Below, in pieces: positions 34,601-61,597 of a DNA stretch of 64,000 nt (position 1 is its first letter; each line of letters starts with the position of its first letter). A model generated the notes under the pieces. The model was not told where the DNA came from, searched no databases, and saw only the letters and a list, made by a program, of their open reading frames with translations. The position numbers and the translations under genes were made by a program. The stretch lies in contig NMRA01000242.1 of assembly GCA_002633005.1 (NCBI GenBank), positions 62,001-126,000 on the forward strand. Reading direction: 5' to 3'. The DNA comes from Phoronis australis. Taxonomy: Eukaryota; Animalia; Phoronida.

Positions 34601-36396
34601 AAAATAAAACGATTGCTAATCCGCCTTCCATCACAAAAACCAACTTAGTGTCATGAAATCGTCTCAAATTGTTCCTGAGTTAAACTGGAGGATTACCGGG
34701 TATTCGAAAGAACTGATAGCACTTGCTTAGGTCATACTTGTACAAGTTAGCTAGTCACGTGGTGCCATTTTACAGTGCGCCCTGCACGGTTTCAAGAAAT
34801 AACGAGCTGTCAATTCTTTACACGCCAAAAATTATTTCTCATCTGAGTGAGGAACGAATTCGTTTCTTGGACGGAAATCAGGTTTAAAACCGCTTTAAAC
34901 GCAAAAACATGTTCTGGTTTTAAATTTATAAAGGTGGAAAAAGGCAGAATGTTCAATGAACACTTAAAAATATTTTTGATAAAACTTAAATTACAACTAC
35001 TCGCCAGTCAATGTGACTTTTCAATCAATGCTACACTGTTTTACGTGACCTTTTAGCATGTATCGAAACCTGCTAACCTGCCAGGATTTGGCAGCTATAC
35101 CAAGTGGTCATCAGTATATTAGAATACGCACCTGTTGCTTAAGAACGTGATACTGATTTTCACCGCACTATAGTAGAAGAAATCAACGAAATATGAAACT
35201 GGCTAGTGGTGATCGGACCTTGAAAATTATAATTGATGAATTTGCACAAAAAGGGTGATGACGATCTTACCAAGCACGGTGACCATTATGAGTAGACAAG
35301 AATGAAGTTTGAAACAATATATTATCCATTGGCCAATTCACGCGGTGACACCAAAAGACGGAAACAAAGTTGTTGAAAACTAAGATGGCTATGATAAGTG
35401 AGAGTTTGTTTAAGAACCTTCATTTTTTTCACATTATTCTGCTCCCTTAACTTGACACATGTAGGTTATGGCGGAAAGTTTACGCAAGAAGTGCAAATGC
35501 CATGGTGTATCTGGATCATGCGCAACCATGACTTGCTGGATGGCTCTTCCTGAAGTTAAAGAGGTCGCTAAAAAGTTGAAAGACAAGTATGCTGTGGCCG
35601 TCGAAGTGAAAAATAGTAAAATAAGAGGCAGGGGCCGGCGGAACTTGTTGCCAATCAACCCACGAAGAGGGATGGCCGAGGATGACCTGATTTATTATAC
35701 TACATCCCCGGACTACTGTAGCTTCGAAGCGGCAACAGGGTCGCTGGGTACCGTGGGAAGGTAGGTTGGTTTAGTGAGTTGCTTGTACAGTCAATGAGTG
35801 CTGAGCAAACGTCACGACGGATAGTCATCAGCAGCGCACCATAGGGGGCTGGGGACTATAAGCCCCCCCCACTTATTTCAGTGCTGCGCCCCCTATGATA
35901 GTGAATGAACGAACGACTGCAAAACACGCAATAGGCTTGCTAAAATTAATTTTTGAAGTAGACTTGCTAAAACTAATTTTTGAAGTAGACTACATCATAA
36001 GCACACTGAATGATCTTTTGATGAAGATTTTGCAAAATGGTTTTAGGCCTACATAAACACATTGAATGTCTATTTTTAAACTAAACCATTCGTTTTTCAA
36101 AATTGACATCGTTTACCCCGATACAATACGCCATTGTACTAGTAAGTGACCATTTACTTATTCACAACTGTTTGCACCTTCAGAGTTGAAAAAACTGTCA
36201 TTCACCTGTTTCACTTTGCAGGCATTGTGTTAAAGATGGTGAGAACGGAAGCAACTGCAACACCATGTGTTGTGGGCGTGGCTTTAGGACTTACAAGTAT
36301 ACCAAGGAGGAAAGGTGTCATTGTAAATATATATATTGCTGCCGTGTAAAATGTAAGACATGCATACGAACTATTACCGTCCACGAATGCTTGTAG
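21341..36396 (+). CDS. WNT11: Wnt ligand, Wnt11 subfamily, 5 coding exons, 353 aa
   Basis: Exons 21341-21417, 33526-33767, 34203-34474, 35465-35760, 36222-36396 (1062 nt; phases 2,1,0,2). Signal peptide, RRWNCS, GTREQAYVYAL, CKCHGVSGSC (lipidated Ser), SPDYC, CCGRG and the C-terminal Cys cluster. IGWMAL and APNFLPDLKSGTRE resemble vertebrate WNT11 IKWLAL and APNYLLDLERGTRE. Wnt family certain; subfamily by eye. Confidence 0.88.
30865..31309. mobile_element. Possible Kolobok-like non-autonomous element in Wnt11 intron 1
   Basis: TTAA on both flanks (30861-30864, 31310-31313); imperfect TIRs agagacatggaacgc / gcgttccattggcttct. Confidence 0.45.
31520..31720. repeat. (ATC)n microsatellite with degenerate flanks
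   Basis: Pure ATC run ~31578-31613 inside an ATC/GTC-rich tract. Confidence 0.85.
32046..32157. repeat. 56-bp tandem duplication
   Basis: gtgaacagatcaaggactagaaggtctctgcaatctttaaggctgttggttat starts at 32046 and 32102. Confidence 0.9.
33526..33767 (+). CDS. WNT11: Wnt11 exon 2
   Basis: tttttccag acceptor; ALVHSDQ...ACQDVFSERRWNCSTINYAPNFLPDLKS; g|gttggt donor. Confidence 0.93.
34203..34474 (+). CDS. WNT11: Wnt11 exon 3
   Basis: ctttttag acceptor; GTREQAYVYAL...WEGCSDN...MNRHNYRAGRK; aag|gtgaga donor. Confidence 0.95.
35465..35760 (+). CDS. WNT11: Wnt11 exon 4
   Basis: VMAESLRKKCKCHGVSGSCATMTCW...SPDYC...GSLGTVGR; ag|gtaggt donor. Confidence 0.95.
36222..36396 (+). CDS. WNT11: Wnt11 exon 5 (terminal)
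   Basis: ctttgcag acceptor; HCVKDGENGSNCNTMCCGRGFRTYKYTKEERCHCKYIYCCRVKCKTCIRTITVHECL*; TAG 36394-36396. Confidence 0.95.
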
Positions 36397-37284
36397 TAAC
36401 AGCACGGCAGTGAAAGAGGTCGAGGTCTGGTCGTCTTTTTCAAGAATACAGTAAAAGACAGTCGATTAACTTGCTGGTAAATGGACTACGACGGCATCCG
36501 GCAGATGTCTCCATTGAGATAAGACGTCAATAAGTTGGATGTTAATTTGTGGTATGTACTTGAAAAATACACGTGTATTTGTGTATTTATCCATAAACAG
36601 AACGGAAAGACGCGGTGCAGTGCGACATCGTCATGCCACCACCACGATCCTTTGTGCAGCTACCCACAGTACGAGATCAGCCAGACCAGCAGGATCTCCC
36701 TGAAAACGTCTTAAGCAAAGTGCAGCGTGTTTGTGTGTTTTTGAATTTATGCAAAATGCGACGTTTGTGTATGTGTGCCTAATTTGTAAAATCTCCAAGA
36801 TTGAACACTCGATTAAAGATTGCAAAGAATCGAAACTAAGATTTGAGGTGTGCCGACAACGAACTGACACATCAGTGCGAGACTGAGCAGATCTCCAATT
36901 CTACTGTTTTACTCTCGCCAACTGAATTAGGCCAGACCCGAGACGATAATAATTGCCAAGGAGAAATGAGCCTAAAGCTATAATCTGCGAACCACAGGGG
37001 TTAAACAACCCACAGGTTGTAATTTCGCGTTTTCAAAAACGAATTCAATTTCAAATGGAAAGCCGCGAATAGACATTTGATGACAGATGCAACTTTGTCC
37101 CACTGGGTAAAGATTGTGTGGCAAGTGGCGAGTGATTATCAAAAGTTGTAGCAATAAACGAAGGTCACAATTTAACGCTTTCAACTGCTGCGCTGGTGCG
37201 CGTGCATACATTTTTGATAAGACACGCTATGCGAACGTTTTGTCGTCGACAAAGCGACGAATTCAATGCAAATGGATAGCAGAC

Positions 37285-37720
37285 CGATGTCGAGGTCTGG
37301 TGCAGTAAGTTGTCCCAAGGTACACGGCCAGTGCGACAATCGTAAAGAATGCCATCCAGATGAGGTCGGGTATAGTCATTTGCCTCACACGGCCCGAGTA
37401 GCTGGCATACAGAATGTCTGAGACGACGCCTGGTGCAATCAATTGCCCTACGGCTACACGGCTTGCGCGACCACCGTAAGAATGTCAGACGAGGTCTGGT
37501 GCGGTCAGTTTACCCACATGGCCCGAGTGACTGCCATACATAATGTCAGACGAGGTCTGATTTAGTCAGTTAACCCACATCAATGGTCCGAGTGACTGCT
37601 ACAGAGAATGTCAGACGAGGTCTGATGCAGTCAGTTACTGGCCCCCCACAGCACTAGTGATTGCCACACAGAATGTGAGACGAGGTCTGCTGCTGTTAAT
37701 TGCCGCACACGTCTCGAGCT
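37285..37720. repeat. Degenerate ~60-bp tandem repeat (core gaatgtcagacgaggtctg), ~7 units
   Basis: Core recurs near 37290, 37360, 37412, 37480, 37542, 37606 and 37671. Confidence 0.75.
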
Positions 37721-38738
37721 GAGATGGATTAAGATTTACTGGGTCCATAGCCCTGTAATAATGTTCAAAGTGCTTAATAATTTACCAAGCTCCCTGTATT
37801 GATCTTAATTTTGGTATTTTAATTTTATTTCAATGAATCAAAAAACACCAAAGTGACATCATACTAAACAACACTATGAGTGTTCCAAGAATGTATTTAT
37901 GGATGTTTTTATAAGTGTACTTATAAATATATTTATAACAGTATTAGAACACACAACCAATAGCTGTAATAAACCAATTTGTACATGCACTCGTCTGTAC
38001 CAGGTAATACATTTCCATAAGCAAGGAGCTGTTGAAGACAATAAAGAATAGCATTACAAAAGATAGCAGATCAATGGGAAACAAAAGAGCCAAAGGCCAA
38101 TTTCCATATATGGGCAACGCGTGTTCCAGAGCCCATTGGAAAATCCAGACAGTCAACATACATTGTGGCATAATGGGTGGATCTATGGAGTAACAGTACT
38201 GCACATATAATACATCTTCAGAAAAGTACAACTGCACCATATCAAAGTAGGTAATCATCTTCGAGGCTGGGAAAGATGAATTAAAAGCCTGCTTGTGTTG
38301 CTATCAAATGGGGAGTCTGTATAATTTATGTATCACTTGTAACTTATGGACTGGTATTGTGACTAATAAAATAATTTTATATTTAAATAATTTTATATTT
38401 AGCTTGTGTCCATATCACTTCCCATTACATTGTATCATTGTCTGTCATAGAAAAGTTCAACAAAAAGTCCTGTACAAATGAAACACTGTTTACTACTAAC
38501 AAAATGTAAGAAAAAACATTAGTCATAGTTTATTTAACATCATTTAACTCCTACTAGAATCAATTCCAGAGCTAAAACGTTCTCACACTCCCACATAGGT
38601 GGCAGCACACTAGCCTTGCATTCAGTACACACCTTAGGTTATGTGGGACTTCGTCCACAAATCTGCATATTTAGTCAAATTTCTGAAAAACTAGATTTTA
38701 ACTTAACAAAGTATATACTTTCTGAAATTAAGTAGAAA

Positions 38739-38958
38739 CAGGGCTTGGAATAACCACTGACAAAAAGAGGAATAGTTTCCAGGTAATGTATCATTCAAGG
38801 CTTGTGTGATAGAAATATTTTTGTGAGGTAAAATTTAACTGACATGTTTTTGCAAGAATTAAGTCAAAATAATGATAAAAAAGACCAAAAAGAGGAAACC
38901 AGAAATCAAATAAGAGGAAATCAAAACCAAAAAAGAGGAAATCTTGTTAAAAGCCCTG
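38739..38958. mobile_element. Small TIR element (hAT-like ends)
   Basis: CAGGGCTT / AAGCCCTG termini, direct tagaaa on both flanks, internal aagagga repeats. Confidence 0.5.
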
Positions 38959-39553
38959 TAGAAAGTCTATAAAATTTGATCAGTCATTAATAGGGTAGCG
39001 TGACTGTGACTTTTCATCAAAATTTAGCAAAAAGTGCAGCTGTATCAATAACATGACAATTATTTTGTTTGAAACAAATCTTCAAAATGAAATCTTTCAA
39101 ATAACGTTGTTACAGTTTTGTAAATTACCATTTAATTTTCGTTTTATTCAAAATTTTTATGAAAATCAAAAGCCTCACATGCATAAGTGCGATAATTTAA
39201 AAAAGATCTAAAGTGTTTTGAAGAATAGCGCATAAAGCATTTGAAAGTTTCAAATGAATCTGATCAACTGTTTTTGAGATATGATGTTCCAAAGTTAGAC
39301 AAATTTTTTCGAGGGTTTCACATAACTTTAAGGTAGGCTGTCGTATCACAATGCATAGCCATCTCAGAGAAACGTAACAATAAACAGAAACAACCACATG
39401 AGTCGCAGCAAACTGGAAACAGGTCATGTGACCATGTATGTAACATGATAAGAGCATGTTAGACTCTGTAGAATGCAGTACAAGCCAAAGATATTCAGAC
39501 AAAACAACCTGGAATTCCTTGTCATGACTGCTGGGAGAAGTCAAATTCATTGT

Positions 39554-39838
39554 CAGAGTAGTCTCCCCTGATGTCCAAGTACGAAGGGTAATAAACAGGA
39601 CAGAGTAGTCTCCCCTGATGTCCAAGTATGAAGGGGAATAAACAGGACAGAGTAGTCTCCCCTGATGTCCGAGTATGAAGGGGAATAAACAGGACAGAGT
39701 AGTCTCCCCTGATGTCCGAGTATGAAGGGGAATAAACAGGACAGAGTAGTCTCCCCTGATGTCCGAGTATGAAGGGGAATAAACAGGACAGAGTAGTCTC
39801 CCCTGATATCCGAGTATGAAGGGTAATAAACAGGACAG
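39554..39838. repeat. 47-bp minisatellite, 6 copies
   Basis: cagagtagtctcccctgatgtcc(a/g)agtatgaagg(g/t)aataaacagga at 47-bp spacing. Confidence 0.95.
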
Positions 39839-41648
39839 TTAGTAAAGGTGACTAACAGTTATTACCAGTAATTTTAGCTGTTAACAAAATTTCCCATCAT
39901 GATGTGAAAACAGTATTTTGACTGATTATTTCAGTATTGTACAGTATCTACTCCATGCAAACAGATTGTCGTCTCTTTAGAAATTGGCATATACAATTAA
40001 AGAATAAACCATTGAAACACATTGAATAACATGGGCCAAATCAGTGACCTGCCTTGCATAATACATACATGTTCTCAGCCATGTGAGTCAACGCTGCCCT
40101 GCGCAGGACTTCATGTCTCAAGCAGTCATATGTCAGATGTACACACTGTCAGTCTATTAGACTATCTGGTGACACAAAGAGGAACAGCTCAGCATTTGCA
40201 CCTCGGAATACAACAGCAGACCAGCCTTTGACAAAGGCGAAATTCTTGTCAAAATTTCAGGTGGAAACTCAGATATCCAGGTCAAAAAGTACTTCCCAAA
40301 TTTTTGTGAATCCTGAAGCTTGCTTCAAACAAGCAACAAAAACCTAACATTTGTGACTGTAATAATTTCTAAGCAACTCCAGTTTAATTTTCAGTATCTT
40401 GAACTCAATTCCCGAGTGAATTTACCACTCGATCGGTGAAAGAACTGGTGCTCAGTCAGTGTCATTTGATGTGCCAGTACTGATTTGGCTTATGGTTTTA
40501 AAAATTGTGGCCATTCATGAAGAATTTGCATTAAAGCACAAAGATGTTCACAAATTCTATGTTACAGCATAGAAAGTGTTTTTTCGGTTCTGAAATGAAC
40601 CTCGTTTTCTTTGCAGTTTTGACTTTGATTGACAGCATGAATATGTCACATGGAACTATACAGTATTAATAGCAAATAAGTCAGCTGACTCACTAAAATT
40701 AAATCAAAGTAATTCAGGTCTCCAAAGATATTTCTTGCTAAACTTTCTATTGAACAATGTTTGGGCTTTAGAAACATCTTATTATATTTTTTCACTGACT
40801 TCGTTGAATTACAAGCCAATATTGAGCTCGTAGTACATCCCATTACATCCACTGATAAGATTCCTGTCCTGTACACACAATGTTCCTACCACGTTTCCTT
40901 CATTATTGAATAAACTGAACAGACGCAGCTGAAAGATTACACTTTAATTCCCTTCTAATGAGTTAAACAACCATACATTAGAATTTTGGTATAATTTGTC
41001 AAAATAACAACCCATTTTTCCACACACTATGTCAGTATGGTAGGCTACTTACATGTCATAGATCTAAAATTGCTTGGAAGTCAGATGGATGGAGTTCAAT
41101 ATATGATCCAAATTTGCCAACTAGTGATATCTGTCGGGTCAGATTTTTGAAATCTTATTCAAAATTCTCAATTCAAAAGTCGTCATGTCGAATCGAGAGG
41201 GCACTTAAGCTGCATTTCAAAACCAATTTCCGGAATAAAAAACGTGGATGGAAATCTAAACTTATGGCCAGATTCTGTTTATAACACTAATCAAAACAGA
41301 TCAGCCATAGTATTTACGAGTTAGTATTTATGAGTTCAGATGATGGGTAATTCCTCCAACCAACACATTCCTGGTGAAAAGACAGTCATACGCATTAGGT
41401 GGCACACAACAGCTGGCCTTGTTTATGGCTATCAGCAATGAGCAGGAATATGCCATTACTTGGTTGCATGGTTACTCAATACAAACAGTTTAGACAACAT
41501 GGCTCAAGACCAGAACAGTACAGTTGATTTTGTGGTACACCTTCTTCACCTGTTACATTGCCCCCTTTTGGAATTCTACATGACTCTTCCAGTGTCACCC
41601 TGTTCAACCAATTCTCAACATTCACAAAACTAATGTGGCATAACCAGC

Positions 41649-56233
<14,585 letters not shown>

Positions 56234-56882
56234 GATAATTTCACACCTGTCAATAAGATAAAATACATGAACAATTTATTAATGTCTTTCATACTAACTT
56301 AACTCCAGTATCAGTGGAACATCGATGTAAACTGTGAAGACAATTTAACCGTTCACAATGGCTTTGATAGTTAATGAACATTGAAGTAAACTGTAGGTGC
56401 TGTTGTCGTAATTGCAAGTACAAAGGACCCTGCTGATAACTTTCATGAGACCAAATTTGACCGCTCGTACCACACCAAAGTGTGAACACTCTACGCCATT
56501 TCCTAAATTCTTTGCACCATCTCTTGGAAGACAATGACACCTTTGCAGCAGCCAAGTTTGTTCTGAAAACCGGTTTGCTGGTATTAAATTACTGAAAACT
56601 TGTAACAAAATAAAACCAGTTCCAATAATTTGTTGTGAAGTGTACACAACCTCAAAAAAAAGAACAACTTTGATTGAAGAATCTGTGAAAAAAGAAATTG
56701 GCCAATATGTGACGCAATATTTCATGGCAATGAAAGATGAAGCAAAAGAGCACTCCACAACATTTGCAGCAGAATGACAGAAGAACGCCAATTTTTCCAA
56801 CACCGGTAAATAATTTAGTTTGCTCAAGGAAGAGTTGGTTTTTATTGACACTAATTTTGTGTAAGATTTTACATTGGCGCAA

Positions 56883-56992
56883 AGCTGAATATTTAGTATT
56901 CAGCTTGTATATTTAGTATACAGCTTGTATATTTAGTATACAGCTTGTATATTTAGTATACAGCTTGTATATTTAGTATACAGCTTGTATGC
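56883..56992. repeat. 20-bp tandem repeat (agcttgtatatttagtatac), ~5 copies
   Basis: Directly visible. Confidence 0.9.
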
Positions 56993-57899
56993 TTTGTACC
57001 GAGGCTATATATACATATATGTCGCAGTGTTAGATTAAATGATGGAAACACGACACAATCGTTTTTGCAACGATTCCAGTGCCCCGTTACATGAAACAGT
57101 CCCAAACAGGGACTCGACTAAGTTCCCTAAATCTATAGCATATTGAAAACACTGTTCTTTCTTATACTATTTGAGTCTCATTACTAAGCCAATTTTTGAC
57201 TTTGACACAAACTGAGAGCACACTCAACATTGAATTCTCTATATTATTGAAAATAAGAAGGGAACTTTTAATGCAACCCTCCTAATTTAAAAACTAAGTC
57301 CCTAATCATTATGACTTACTTAACAGTTTTTATTTATATTATTACAAAATGTCATTACACATAGTATACCAAAGTACTTGACAGGACCTAAATTTCAGAT
57401 GTTTTTATAAAATCTTACCTGAAGTATAAACTGAGAAATAAATGACGCAAAAGTTTAGGAAATGGTGAATGCTGTTTTCAAAACAACAAAATAATATCCA
57501 TTGTTACAAAAGGCGAAGAATTACACAAGAAAGTGACGTTTATTGTTTTTCACTTAAACCGCTGTAACGGGCAAGGTGAGTGTCGGTTGATTCATAAAAT
57601 TTGAATGCACCCCATCCGTTCTTTAGCTCTACATGTTGATACAAGTTACACGGAGAGGTGACGAGCAGAACTACCCTGGCTGTGTTCAATTTCGAGGTCT
57701 GTCGGCGCTGAACACACAGTGGTACCTAGCTGTATTTTGACGATAGTCTTCATACAGCTAGCTGGCTGGCTATACCAGAGGTAGACAGCGGTGCTCCTAT
57801 ACGCCATAAGCTTTTCAGCGAATTGTGCCTCGAATTGACTAAAACATCAAAGTCATGTTGTTATAAATACCGATTGCACATAGAGGGACACCTTAGGAG

Positions 57900-58110
57900 G
57901 CCGCCAACTTGAACAAATATAGTTCGGATACCTATCGTCGTCAGGCTCCAAATGTCCGCCATCTTCTTTCGTGCAGCGCAGCCACGCGGGACTGAGCGTT
58001 CCAATTTGGAGTGCTCGTCTGCACGTTAGGTACTTACCTCTCAGGAGAAACAAGCATGGAAGAACTGAGACTAAAATTAATGCATTCACCGACTGTTTCT
58101 TTTGAGACCA
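57900..58110 (-). promoter_or_regulatory. Candidate NKAP promoter and first-exon region
   Basis: Local CpG-rich patch; YY1-type AAGATGGCGG on the minus strand (57956-57965); consensus donor GAG|GTAAGT at 58038/58037. Confidence 0.45.
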
Positions 58111-59235
58111 CTTAAAAACTTGTAGTTTTTACTAATGCACTTTTTTGTTCATTTTCAGAAGATATTTTCAAAATTAAATTTTCTTCAGACAGAACAAAAA
58201 ACAACTCAGGGATTGTTTATGCAATGTATCTATTTGTCCCAGGCACTAACCGACACCTGTTAGGCCAAAGGAAAAACGCAGCAGACAAATGGAACACGCT
58301 GGGTACTTAACAGTTTCGGCCCACGCCTTTGTCATCAAAATATTGTCCACTTGTTTTTTTATTGCAAAACAAAGTACTGAGCTCAACATTTATGTTGAAA
58401 GTTTTGGTTAAAGCATTTTGAATTTATTTGAAGAAAATTAAAATACTTGAATTGATAGAGAATGGCAACCAATAATTTAAAGTAAAACATTAACTTTATT
58501 TCACTATATTGCATTGTTACATACAACACAGCATGACTGTTGACATAATCAAAAATAAAAGAAGAGATTGAGCAATAAAATGCAAATGCAACTTGGGTAT
58601 TTATTTATTTATTTATGATTGCAGGAGCCTGTTAAAGGTGAGAAAAAATCAAACGATACGATATTGGGTAATTTATTAGAACAATTGTTTCGAGGTTCAA
58701 TGATCAACTTGCGCCGACAAAGTCTCAAAGGGTTACAGTTCTGTTTTGGCTGACAACATGTTAACAGAGAAAAACTGAAAAGAAAAAGGACAGCAGAGAT
58801 AAGTTGTGTAAAGAACAATAAGAGCAAAAACTCAAATAAAGAGGTCACAAACAGAAAATAAGTAAGGTCTATCTGGAATAAAACAATCACGGTTTATTTT
58901 CTAGAACTGAAATTCTAAATCAATTTTAATCGATTTAAAAATCGATATCATATTAGTAAAACAGTTTGTGGTTGAAATAGAATTGCTGTAAACCACTTTC
59001 CACTATTTCTTGGCCTTTTTTCTGTGTGGTTTTATGTTCTTTCAAAAGGCGGCAGCATATGACGTCCATAGGAGTCATTATAAAATGGCTGCCGAAAAGC
59101 AATGCACAGTTGAACAACTCAGCATTAGTAAAAGAAAACGTTTCAATCAACGAATACTATACATTTGTGAGAGTTAAATCAAATCCTATTCAGAGCATAT
59201 TGAAGTGGAATAATTGGGTGAGTACGACAACAAGC

Positions 59236-59729
59236 CAGGCCTTTATCCAGGATTTTGAAAATAGGGTGTCCAAAATGGGGTTCTCAATATTCCAGGGCGT
59301 CCATGATTCCGACGCGTAACCCTCCACCCCCATCAATACCCCCCAAAACACAGATTTTTTTACAAAAAAATGCATAGATCAAGGTTTTTACATCTAAGTT
59401 TATAAAACAGCCTTCTATGGTGAGCATTTTTACTAAAAAACTGTGTAGACCAAGATTTACAATGCTGTCAATCAAGTGTCAAAATAGCAACAATATATAT
59501 ATATACTTTGTATATACATTGTATATTTGTTCCTGCTTTGAAAAAAGAGCCCCCACTGTGAGCCTTCAGAGGCTTCCTAGTATTCATTACAATGTGTGAG
59601 TCCAAACTTGAAAGGTTCCTATTGACAGTGGGTGTCCAAATGATACATTGGGCATCCTTGCCAGGGAGCTCAGGTTAGTGCTAAGGGCGTCCATTTGGAG
59701 GCCCAGGACATACACTGCATGAAGGCCTG
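59236..59729. mobile_element. hAT-like MITE with perfect 8-bp TSD
   Basis: TIRs CAGGCCTTTATCCAG / CTGCATGAAGGCCTG; CAACAAGC at 59228-59235 and 59730-59737; empty site near 62528. Confidence 0.9.
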
Positions 59730-59777
59730 CAACAAGCCAGTTTTATGCTTAGGCGGACGACCATTGGGTACCCGAGT

Positions 59778-59975
59778 ATACTCCAGTTATCAAACTTGTT
59801 CTTCGAGCAGCCCTCGTTCAGTTCCCAAAATCAGTAACTCACCATTTTTAACAATGCACGCGGCAGGTAGTATGATGTCATATCCCCTGGTGTGCGCAGA
59901 GTGAAAATGGCAAATTACCGATTTTGGAAACTGAACGAGCGACTACTCAAAGAAAAAGTTTGATAACGGGAGTAT
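59778..59975. repeat. Foldback element, ~75-bp imperfect inverted arms
   Basis: atactccagttatcaaac...ccattttaac pairs with gtgaaaatgg...gtttgataacgggagtat. Confidence 0.8.
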
Positions 59976-60752
59976 TTCTTAGCCTTGGAAGGTATTAAGT
60001 GCATCAACGGTCTCCTAAGGTTAAGAGTCCCTTAGCCTTGGTGTAAAGCTGTATATAAATATACAGCTTTGCACCGATGTGGGTAAAAAAGTGGTAAGAT
60101 AAAATCTGACACGAAATTAATGTCATTAAAAACTACAGTCTTCCTTGAGTAAACTAAATTATTTAACTGTGTTGGAAAAATGGCGTTCTACCGTTATCCT
60201 GCTGCTAAAGTTATGGAGTGATCTTTAGCGATGGCTTTCGGTGCCATGAAATATTGCGTCACCTATTGGCCAGTTTCTTTTTTCGCCAATTCTTCAATCA
60301 ACTGTTTTCTTTCACGAGGTTGCGTACACATCACAACAAATTATCGAAACTGGTTTCACTTCATTATGAGTTTTTAAAATTTTGATTCCGAAAAAAGAAT
60401 TTCAGAAGAAATTTTACTGCTGCCAAGCTATCATCATCTCCCGAGAGATGTCGCAAAAATTTAGGAAAAGGCACGTGCATGTGACACGAGCGTACTGTTT
60501 TCAAAACGATGACATACTTTTCATTGTTAGAACAGGCGGAGAGTTATGCAAGAAAATTACATTTATTGCATTGTTCTTCACTTAAACGGCTATAATGGGC
60601 AAGGTGAGTGTCAGTTGATTCCTAGATTTTGCATGCACCCCGTCCGGTCTTTAGCTTTACATGTTAATACAAGTTTCACGGCGAGGTGACAGGCAGAACT
60701 ACCCTGGCTGTGTGCAATTTCGGTGTCTACGGAAGAAATACACGCAGTGGTA

Positions 60753-61597
60753 CAGTCAAGTGACCTAATTATCGGACGTTTTGGCACATTTTGCATTATA
60801 TTTAATTGAAAATACTACGGATTGTTGTAAATTCTTTTCTGAAATAAAGACTTACCTTCACGGATTTGTTCTGTTACTATATCTTGTCACTGAAAGCCAC
60901 ATTTATGTTCCGACTGATCTTTAAAAAACACAACAAGCAAACCTTCGGAGAACCTAAATATCGGACACCATGTTTCCCCATACGCCACACCGCGGAAAAC
61001 TGACTAACCACGTAATGGCCGCGGGCACCTTGTAGCCAAATGTCAGCTTCAGTGTTTTTGACTTATATGCTGCTAGAACACAGGTCCATTCGCAACAAAA
61101 TTATTCATACAATGAAATCTGATGACGGCGCCAAGTCGTTTCGATGACTTAGTGCAGACGACTAAAGCACGTGCAAACTCACTGCAGTTTTTAGTATCAC
61201 TTTGGCATCTTGATATGACACCCGCACGTGTGCGGTCGGGGTTTGACTTGAGTTTAAAAACAAATGAAAAAATGAAACAGTGACATATTGTTAGTTCAGT
61301 GAGATGGTTTCATTGTGGAAAAAGATTTTATTTTCAACTTTTATAACCGATTTATGCGATCGTCCATTTTAGGCCGACTTGGGGGTCTAAATTGCACCCT
61401 CTCTCGGTGAAATCAAAATGAGGCAACGCTGTAAAAAACGAGACAGTGCCGGACATTGAATGCATTACAACGGAACAAAAATTGGTGTCATTTAATTCTC
61501 AGATTATGCTTCAAGTAAGATTTTTTGAAATGTCCGATATTTAGGTTCCGTCCGATATTTAGGTTCCGTCCGATAATTAGGTACACTAAGTCAAGTG
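60753..61597. mobile_element. pogo/Tigger-like non-autonomous element inserted at TA
   Basis: Left TIR CAGTCAAGTGACCTAATTATCGGACG; right cgtccgataattaggt preceded by two gtccgatatttagg repeats; TA flanks (60751-60752, 61598-61599); uninterrupted host sequence at ~57715-57770. Confidence 0.8.

Noticed and set aside
35838-35897. catagggggc / gccccctatg mini inverted repeat in Wnt11 intron 4
   Set aside because: Arms only 10 bp and no TSD; probably a transposon remnant but not callable.
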